From contig CAVZVA010000010.1 in the NCBI GenBank assembly GCA_963778655.1, positions 1,600,001 to 1,664,000 on the forward strand: 64,000 nt of DNA, in the 5' to 3' direction. The stretch comes from an uncultured delta proteobacterium. Its GTDB lineage: Bacteria; Myxococcota_A; Polyangia; Polyangiales; JAFGIB01. The notes under the pieces are model-generated. The model made no database searches and had not been told where the DNA came from. It worked only from the letters and a program-made list of their open reading frames with translations. The translations under genes were made by a program, and so were the position numbers. Shown piece after piece: positions 63,249 to 64,000 of the stretch. Every line of letters begins with the position of its first letter. The first letter of the stretch is position 1.

Positions 63249-63917
63249 TCAGGGCGTCTTCTGCCCGGCAGGCGGCGTATGGCCCTCGCGCGCGTGCATG
63301 TGCTCGTGTCCTGGCGCGTGCTCGTGCTCGTGCATGTGCTCATGCTCGGCTGCGGCCTGGCTTCCCATGCTGCCTGCCGCGACCACGTCGATCTTGATGC
63401 TGGTCGCGAGCTGCGGCCCATACGAACGATGGATGCCGTCGGCCAGCTGCAGCTGCAGCGTGTGCGAGCCGGGCGTGAGCTCGAGCCTGGCCTCGCTCTG
63501 GCCTTTGCCGAAGTGCAGATGCTGCTCGTCCTTGGGCACGATGGTGCCGGCGGGTACGGGATCGGTGTCGATCAGGATGTGAAAGTGGCCGCTGCCGGCG
63601 TCGACCGGCCCCGCGGGCTTCACCGCGATGCCCTCGGCGGCCATCTTCACCGGCACGAATACCTTGCCGTTCTCCAGCGGCCCCTCGACCTTCTCGCCAT
63701 CCTTGGGCTCGACGAAGGACACCTTGGCGCCTGCGGGCACGGCCGGGAGCGCCGCCAGCGGCGCCGCGGGCGCGGGAGTTGCCGGCGCGGCGGCCGCCGG
63801 GCTCGGTACGGCGGGCGTCGCTGCAGGCTGCGCGCTGGGCGCGGGCTCGCTGGCCTTGTTGCCGCAGGCGCACGCGGCCATCACCACAAACCACAGCTGG
63901 ATCGGTCGTATCCTCAT
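63249..63917 (-). CDS. DUF4399 domain lipoprotein with His-rich tail
   Basis: AGGAG RBS, lipobox ACAC, KVSFVEPKDG, GHFHILID, HLHFGKGQSE, GSHTLQLQLADGIH; tail HEHMHEHEHAPGHEHMH. Confidence 0.88.
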   Translation of the reverse strand: MRIRPIQLWFVVMAACACGNKASEPAPSAQPAATPAVPSPAAAAPATPAPAAPLAALPAVPAGAKVSFVEPKDGEKVEGPLENGKVFVPVKMAAEGIAVKPAGPVDAGSGHFHILIDTDPVPAGTIVPKDEQHLHFGKGQSEARLELTPGSHTLQLQLADGIHRSYGPQLATSIKIDVVAAGSMGSQAAAEHEHMHEHEHAPGHEHMHAREGHTPPAGQKTP

Positions 63918-64000
63918 GGCGGTCTCCTGTCCGTGTGCCCCTCGAAGCGGTCTCGGGTGTAGAGCCCCGGGCGACCGATGTCGAGGGCGGTCCGATCGGG

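Overview
High-GC (visually about 70% or more) chromosomal window. The gene content (Hanks kinase, many Cys-rich lipoproteins, an ECF/TPR anti-sigma module, DUF1592/DUF1552 pairs) points to a myxobacterium, probably Polyangia-like; this is an inference. In order it holds: a partial APC permease, a PPC lipoprotein and a Ser/Thr kinase; a first DUF1592+DUF1552 pair; a copper locus (csoR with operator, copA, SHOCT protein, a decayed ORF, cusCBA); an ECF sigma module; an Ig-like lipoprotein + DUF1552 + DUF1592-CBM2 operon; a hairpin-dense intergenic element; TetR facing a ferritin-like diiron gene; an esterase, AraC, a heavily frameshifted aldehyde:ferredoxin oxidoreductase and MoaD/ThiS; two TPR-DUF3857-transglutaminase paralogues (one with a catalytic triad, one without); a TonB-dependent receptor, lipoprotein, tonB and exbB with no exbD; an envelope cluster (two DUF481, GT-C-like protein, split OmpA-like gene); cysE; a second structured intergenic element; DUF2520 and DUF4399 genes. 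I saw no tRNA, rRNA, CRISPR array, integrase or transposase. Several genes carry single-base frameshifts, most simply read as long-read consensus errors. Family calls come from motif recognition, not database searches. Best candidates for undescribed biology: the CBM2-linked DUF1592/DUF1552 heme module, the active/inactive transglutaminase pair, and the structured elements at 28.7-29.1 kb and 60.9-61.1 kb.
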